Shown here piece after piece: positions 27,598 to 32,000 of a DNA stretch of 32,000 nt (the first letter of the stretch is position 1; every line of letters begins with the position of its first letter). This DNA is from Prochlorococcus sp. MIT 0801 (GTDB lineage Bacteria > Cyanobacteriota > Cyanobacteriia > PCC-6307 > Cyanobiaceae), in the NCBI RefSeq assembly GCF_000757865.1, contig NZ_CP007754.1, positions 390,001 through 422,000 on the forward strand, written 5' to 3'. The position numbers and the translations under genes are program-made. Below the pieces are notes generated by a model. That model was not told the DNA's origin and made no database searches. It saw only the letters and a program-made list of their open reading frames with translations.

Positions 27598-28763
27598 GAG
27601 ATAGTTCCCAAGGCTTGATTTAAATCAGCACTTAAGTCTTCAATGTCCTCACATCCAACAGAAAATCGAATAAGTGAATCAGTAATTCCAATTTTTAATT
27701 TTGTTTCTTTGGACACTGAAGCATGTGTCATTGTGGCTGGATGGCAAACAAGACTTTCAATTCCTCCGAGACTTTCTGCCATTTTGAAGTAATGCAGACT
27801 TTTACAAAATGAATAGGTTTGAGCTTGGGTTGTGTTAGCAGTTGCAGTAACAATTGCTCCTCCCATAGCCATTTGTCTTTTTGCCAATTTACATTGTGGA
27901 TGATCATTCCTGAAAGGATATCGAACATATTTTATTGCTGGATGGTCGGCTAGTTGATTAGCTATTGTAGATGCATTATTAACTTGTCTTTCTATGCGAA
28001 GTGGAAGAGTTTTTATTCCTCGTGTAATAAGCCAGCAATCAAAGGGAGAAGGGTTTAATCCAAGAGCTTTCTGGGCGAAATTTAGCTTGTCTCTCCAGAT
28101 AGCACTCTCGGTGCATACTGCACCTCCAAGTGCATCTGAGTGACCATTGATAAACTTGGTCGTGCTAGTTAAAGATAAGGTCGCTCCAAGTTTAAGAGGT
28201 CTTTGTAATAGAGGTGTTGCAAAAGTATTGTCTACAACAACAGGTATTTCCATTTTATTTGAGAAATGACAAATCCCTTCAATATCAATAATTTTAAGGA
28301 GTGGGTTAGTAGGACTTTCGATCCAAATCATCGCGGGTTTGTGATTTGAAATGACTTCTTGGAAATTGGGTTTAGTAAAGTCTATCCATTGAGTTTTTAA
28401 TCCAAAACGATTAAAAACTTGTTCAAATAATCTCACCGTACATCCATAAAGGTTCTCCTCACAAAGGATTAAGTCTCCAGTCTTTAGAGTGGAGACTATT
28501 GCTGTGATCGCAGCGACTCCAGAACTAAATACACTTGCGAACTGACATTCTTCCAGATCAGACAAAACTGATTCAAGAATTCGAAAATTTGGATTTCCTG
28601 AACGAGTGTAGTCAAAGCCACCTTCATTGCCATGAACGAAGGTTGAGGTTGGAAAGATTGGCGGCATTATTGATCCGGTTCCTTCAGAAAAATTCTCTTT
28701 GTGATGAATGACTCTTGTGTTTACTCCAGTGCTGAACTCCTTGTCTCTTTTAACTGATCCCAT
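27594..28763 (-). CDS. Cys/Met-metabolism PLP-dependent enzyme (cystathionine beta-lyase / gamma-synthase / sulfhydrylase type)
   Basis: YTRSGNPNFRILE, FSSGVAA, DNTFATP, SLTSTTKFINGHSD (PLP Lys), IRFSVGCEDIEDL. The start is placed at the internal ATG 28763 (MGSVKRDKEFSTGVNTRVIHH), giving a typical 389 aa. The track's 28964 start adds 67 hydrophobic residues. Confidence 0.85.
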   Translation of the reverse strand: MGSVKRDKEFSTGVNTRVIHHKENFSEGTGSIMPPIFPTSTFVHGNEGGFDYTRSGNPNFRILESVLSDLEECQFASVFSSGVAAITAIVSTLKTGDLILCEENLYGCTVRLFEQVFNRFGLKTQWIDFTKPNFQEVISNHKPAMIWIESPTNPLLKIIDIEGICHFSNKMEIPVVVDNTFATPLLQRPLKLGATLSLTSTTKFINGHSDALGGAVCTESAIWRDKLNFAQKALGLNPSPFDCWLITRGIKTLPLRIERQVNNASTIANQLADHPAIKYVRYPFRNDHPQCKLAKRQMAMGGAIVTATANTTQAQTYSFCKSLHYFKMAESLGGIESLVCHPATMTHASVSKETKLKIGITDSLIRFSVGCEDIEDLSADLNQALGTIS

Positions 28764-29180
28764 ATCCTTTAGTAGTTTTTTATAGGCTATAGAAGAATAT
28801 GAAAAAGCCCCTAGAAAAGGCACTATAATTAAATTTAATGATAAAGAAGCTATGTGTAGCCCTATACCTTTCTTTAGTAAAACTATATACCAATAACAGT
28901 AAGCAAAGATAGAGAAAAAAGAGTTTGACTTGGGTTGGACAGAGAAACGATACATATCGCACAATACGCACGAAATAAATCCGTCTTCTGCTATCCGTAC
29001 AATCTTTTAACTCGCTAAAACGATCTCTCAAGCTTGCATAACTGCTGTTAGATCAGTTGTGCAAGGCGAGGAATAACTCAGTTATAGCTTTACTCGCTAA
29101 TTAATGTTTGATCTCTTTGTATAGTTATTGAGCGTTTTGGACGAATGCTGGACAGGAATCAGAACACAAAGCTCCTGTTC

Positions 29181-29198
29181 CTAGTACAATTGTACTAG
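29181..29198. promoter_or_regulatory. LexA-box-like 18-bp perfect palindrome overlapping a -10 hexamer
   Basis: CTAGTACAATTGTACTAG is its own reverse complement. The inner 14-mer AGTACAATTGTACT satisfies the cyanobacterial LexA consensus RGTACNNNDGTWCB at every position. TACAAT (29185-29190) is a good -10. GAAGG and the ATG at 29215 follow. Confidence 0.6.
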
Positions 29199-29214
29199 CA
29201 GGTAGATCTGAAGG

Positions 29215-29448
29215 ATGAAGCGTGATGGATGGCTTAAAGAGCCTAATGGATTTTGGGTTTTGAGATTTAGGTATGACTGGGAGGCTTGGGGTCAGAACCC
29301 TAAGGTCATTATCGACAAAGGTAGGCTTGAATGCAATGGAATACCTCTACTTAAGAGTCGTAAGAAAATGCGTAGGAACCTAGCGATTCAGTTGTGGGAG
29401 AAGCTTTTAGCGGCTGGCTGGCGAAGAACCAATCCTCAGTGGAAATAG
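29215..29448 (+). CDS. 77-aa Trp-rich small protein, possibly the picocyanobacterial DUF1651 family
   Basis: ATG preceded by GAAGG. Hand counts give 25, 29 and 31 G+C per 60 nt on lines 29221, 29281 and 29401, versus 21 per 60 on line 29701. The pattern GW...FWVLRF...W...NP...D.G...PLL.SR..M.R..A..LW..L...GW...P.W recalls DUF1651. Family assignment is from memory only. Confidence 0.55.
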   Translation: MKRDGWLKEPNGFWVLRFRYDWEAWGQNPKVIIDKGRLECNGIPLLKSRKKMRRNLAIQLWEKLLAAGWRRTNPQWK

Positions 29449-29458
29449 CCGCAGAGAG

Positions 29459-29476
29459 AAAGGTTATTACCTTTTT
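29459..29476 (+). terminator. weak hairpin/T-run after the small ORF
   Basis: AAAGGT-TATT-ACCTTT followed by TT. The stem is short and AU-rich. Confidence 0.25.
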
Positions 29477-29710
29477 GCATGTCTAAGCCCAGCCCGCCCA
29501 TGATCGGCATTGAGTGCTCGTCTATGCCTGATAATAGTTCAGAACAATATCTTGAATTATTAGAGCCATAGTGGGTTGTAAACCTGTGGTGCTCGGTCTT
29601 AGGTATTTTTAGAGAGGTTTAAATCATTGTTGATTGCGTATCTATAAGTATTTATTATCTGGTTTTGTATTCGTATATGCGATAGACAGGATTAGTAGAA
29701 GATATTAGAG

Positions 29711-30220
29711 ATGCCTGTCGCCACTTTTCTAAAGAATAAGCAAAAGAGAATTGAATCCAAATATCATCAAGTTGCAAAACGATTTGAGTCAAAATATGAG
29801 TTAATTCACCGGAAGTTAACCTCAAAGTTTCATAGAGAATCAACTGAAACAGAACTCATTCGTTTTAAAATTCATAATTTAATGGCAAAATCTACAGAAT
29901 CTATTGAAAGCAAAATTAAATCAGAAGGATTTATTCATGTCTTCTCAAGAAAGTCTTTTAAAAATATTGATAGGTTTTATCCAGATATTCTTGATTGGAT
30001 TCAAGGTAGATTCTCAGGACAAACAGTACGAATGATTGTAAGAGAGGGCAAAATTGTTGAGAAGGTTTTTTTAACTCCTAAAGGAAATAGAATTTTTGTT
30101 AAGAGAAGTGATCTAGAGATATGGCTTAGATCGATGCCGACTATACAAATAAAGCTCAGGTTAAGGTTCAGATCGATGCCGACTATGCTTCTTGACTTAA
30201 GACCTCTTGCAGTACAGTAA
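29711..30220 (+). CDS. hypothetical protein with 11-residue N-terminal repeats and an excisionase-type (HTH_17/MerR-superfamily-like) C-terminal domain
   Basis: GQTVRMIVREGKIVEKVFLTPKGNRIFVKRSDLEIWL matches the HTH_17 pattern (sTvyrwireGklpa.k.g.r.ri.r.dleawl). The N-terminus has three tandem 11-mers: RIESKYHQVAK / RFESKYELIHR / KLTSKFHREST (29747-29845). An internal start (MAKSTES...) is possible. Confidence 0.5.
   Translation: MPVATFLKNKQKRIESKYHQVAKRFESKYELIHRKLTSKFHRESTETELIRFKIHNLMAKSTESIESKIKSEGFIHVFSRKSFKNIDRFYPDILDWIQGRFSGQTVRMIVREGKIVEKVFLTPKGNRIFVKRSDLEIWLRSMPTIQIKLRLRFRSMPTMLLDLRPLAVQ
30128..30144 (+). repeat. 17-nt perfect direct repeat, copy 1 (AGATCGATGCCGACTAT)
   Basis: Identical 17-mer recurs at 30170-30186, 42 nt apart start to start. 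It lies in the tail of the HTH ORF, just after the HTH-like segment. Confidence 0.9.
30170..30186 (+). repeat. 17-nt perfect direct repeat, copy 2 (AGATCGATGCCGACTAT)
   Basis: See copy 1. Confidence 0.9.
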
Positions 30221-30386
30221 GTCTTTCGTAAGGCTCTCTGGAGGTAGTTGTATCAATTTTAAACGTGTCATCTTTTTCTCTTTGATACTCGTTAGACTTT
30301 GTTCCAATGTAGTTGCCATTTATATAACTAGCATTAACCGCAGATAAATATAATTGATTCGCATATGATCGATTATAAGACGACAT
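30183..30386 (-). CDS. hypothetical 67-aa ORF (Tyr/Asn/Ser-rich)
   Basis: ATG-initiated ORF convergent with, and overlapping by 38 nt, the HTH ORF. No RBS or family recognised. Confidence 0.2.
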   Translation of the reverse strand: MSSYNRSYANQLYLSAVNASYINGNYIGTKSNEYQREKDDTFKIDTTTSREPYERLTVLQEVLSQEA

Positions 30387-30658
30387 TCACTTTTACAATA
30401 ATAAATATAGAGTTTTCTGATTGAATTTCATTTGATCTAGATTTAATAAATCCCGTCATGCCAGTAAAAAGCATTTGTACTTCACTGGTAATTGACCAAA
30501 ATCATGGAAATCATAGATTACTAGATCATCTAGTCTTTCTTAAATCAAATGTTGATGATTGTGAATCTAACTTGATCCAATCCACCTCAAGCTTTCCTCT
30601 GTTGGCTTGATTTTTTACCTTTACCAATGATCTCAGTAGACTCATCAGCCCTGCAATT

Positions 30659-32000
30659 TTAAAGCTTGAGGGTTAATTGTTTATGTAGAACGGGATTGTT
30701 TTGCTTCTTTTTCAACTTTGACTTTCTCCTTTTTCTTGAGCTATGTTTCTCAAGGATATTATTAGCGATGTCAAAGAAGCCTGGTTTATTTCTTATCTCT
30801 TTTAGCTTTGCTCGTGCTGTATTTGTACTAATAATTGGATCTACAATAGGGAATGGATAATTTTTTCCAAGAACTAATGATGAATCATCTTGATGAAATA
30901 GATCAATTTTCCATGGTGCATGGATGAATTTGCTTGGAAGGTATTGTAATTCTTTTACCCAAGTTCGAATAAATATTCCCTCTGGGTCATGATCATATCC
31001 TTGTTTAATTGGGTTATAAATTCTCATCGTATTAATCGATGTCGTACCCGATTGCATTTGGCATTGTGTCCAGTGAATTCCTGGCTCGTAGTCAATAAAT
31101 TTGCGTGCTAGGCATAAGCCACTCTCTTGCCATGGAAGCCATAGTTGGTAGCTAGCAAATGACATAAGCATTGCTCTCATTCGGAAATTAATCCACCCAT
31201 GACTATTTAGGGATCTCATGCATGCATCTATAAAAGGTATTCCAGTTAGACCTTGACTCCATGCTTTTAAAAAAATTTGATTTGACTTCCTGATACCACT
31301 CATGTATGGATGGTACTCACGACTTTCTAATTCAGGCTCTGATTCAAGCTTTTGAATAAAATGGCAATGCCAATGTAATCTTGAGTTAATTGCTCTAGAT
31401 CCTCTTTTCTTCGTTCTTCTAATTGTCTGGACTACCTCTCTAACTGATAGACAACCCCAAGTTAAGTAAGGCGATAAGCGAGAACATCCATCAAATGCTT
31501 TTAAAGGACTTGATAGAGAATATTGATAATTATCTATTTTGTATTTCAGAAACTCATATAGTTTATTCAGCCCTTGCTTTCTTCCTCCTTGAATTCGATG
31601 ACTACATTTATCTAAATTTAACTTTAGACTTTTAGAGGAGGGTAAATTATGACTTGGAATATCAATAAAGTAATTTACTCTTCTGGGATCATTGATGAGT
31701 TCCTGTGACATATGTTGTTCCCACTTTCGAGACCAATTTTTACGTGTTTTGAGACCTCTAAAAACACCAAATTGTCTGTATTCATACCAGTGTATGTTTT
31801 CGTTTTTTGTAAAACGCCTTAGATCTTGATCACGTTTAAATGTCCATTCATTGCCGGTTTCTTCATGACTATAAATACCTTTAACATGAAACCTTTCCGT
31901 AAATTCTTTAATTACATCTTCGATATTCCCAACTCTTATAATTAATTTCAAACCAATATCATTTAATGAGTTGTTTAAATCAATTAAACATTCTCGTACA
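30659..32000 (-). CDS. cryptochrome/photolyase-family protein (FAD-binding domain); 5' end lies beyond the window
   Basis: LSPYLTWGCLSVREV, TGIPFIDACMRSLNSHGWINFRMRAMLMSFASY, RIYNPIKQGYDHDPEGIFIRTWVKEL. The frame stays open upstream of the track's TTG (...VRECLIDLNNSLNDIGLKLIIRVG) up to position 32000. Confidence 0.85.
   Translation of the reverse strand, partial: VRECLIDLNNSLNDIGLKLIIRVGNIEDVIKEFTERFHVKGIYSHEETGNEWTFKRDQDLRRFTKNENIHWYEYRQFGVFRGLKTRKNWSRKWEQHMSQELINDPRRVNYFIDIPSHNLPSSKSLKLNLDKCSHRIQGGRKQGLNKLYEFLKYKIDNYQYSLSSPLKAFDGCSRLSPYLTWGCLSVREVVQTIRRTKKRGSRAINSRLHWHCHFIQKLESEPELESREYHPYMSGIRKSNQIFLKAWSQGLTGIPFIDACMRSLNSHGWINFRMRAMLMSFASYQLWLPWQESGLCLARKFIDYEPGIHWTQCQMQSGTTSINTMRIYNPIKQGYDHDPEGIFIRTWVKELQYLPSKFIHAPWKIDLFHQDDSSLVLGKNYPFPIVDPIISTNTARAKLKEIRNKPGFFDIANNILEKHSSRKRRKSKLKKKQNNPVLHKQLTLKL

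Noticed and set aside
28764-29180. Looked for a SAM or other riboswitch or sRNA in the long leader of the Cys/Met PLP operon
   Set aside because: I could not recognise any known riboswitch core by eye. Only short repeats are present (ACTCGCTAA twice, an ATAACT-C-AGTTAT palindrome). A covariance-model scan (Rfam/Infernal) would be needed.
8958-30860. Shadow ORFs inside or antisense to well-supported genes. They are: 8958-9206, 11588-11821, 12898-13104, 14351-14539, 15551-15769, 17754-18002, 18719-19084, 19390-19626, 20264-20464, 21465-21662, 21649-21837, 22046-22252, 22544-22891, 23041-23256, 23460-23774, 25108-25302, 27159-27428, 27728-27928, 28780-29031, 29655-29843 and 30666-30860.
   Set aside because: Each overlaps a CDS with clear family motifs in another frame or strand. 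The translations are low-complexity and carry no recognisable motifs.

Overview
AT-rich chromosome segment of a marine picocyanobacterium, most consistent with Prochlorococcus. That call is an inference from tandem hli genes, pipX-pipY, ylmE/sepF/proC, lrtA/hpf, frequent TTG/GTG starts and weak Shine-Dalgarno signals. About 75% of the window is ordinary core housekeeping: aroQ, miaE, cobI, dus, der, cbiQ, pipX, pipY, sepF, proC, a GT4 glycosyltransferase, recO, deoC, hpf, lipB, an acyl-activating enzyme, pdhC, queA, cysK and two Cys/Met PLP enzymes. Two regions are not ordinary. (1) 2.6-7.7 kb is a variable stretch. It ends in a ~2.9 kb islet bracketed by a duplicated tRNA-Tyr/tRNA-Thr module (two identical tRNA-Tyr genes, one intact tRNA-Thr, one decayed tRNA-Thr copy). 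The islet carries a five-gene overlapping hli operon, an NTF2/SnoaL-like ORF and an orphan ORF. Directly next to the intact tRNA-Thr lies a decayed tyrosine-recombinase reading frame with two in-frame stops. (2) 29.1-30.7 kb, between the methionine/cysteine genes and a photolyase-family gene, holds three linked features. An 18-bp perfect palindrome matches the cyanobacterial LexA box and overlaps a TACAAT -10 hexamer, 17 nt upstream of a G+C-richer, Trp-rich 77-aa ORF. Next comes an ORF with three 11-residue N-terminal repeats and an excisionase-type (HTH_17-like) C-terminus. A 17-nt perfect direct repeat sits in that ORF's tail. Three small hli genes and a 33-aa DUF4278-like gene fall below the ORF-track cutoff and were found by hand translation. 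I saw no rRNA, CRISPR array or intact transposase. All family assignments come from motif recognition by eye, not from searches.
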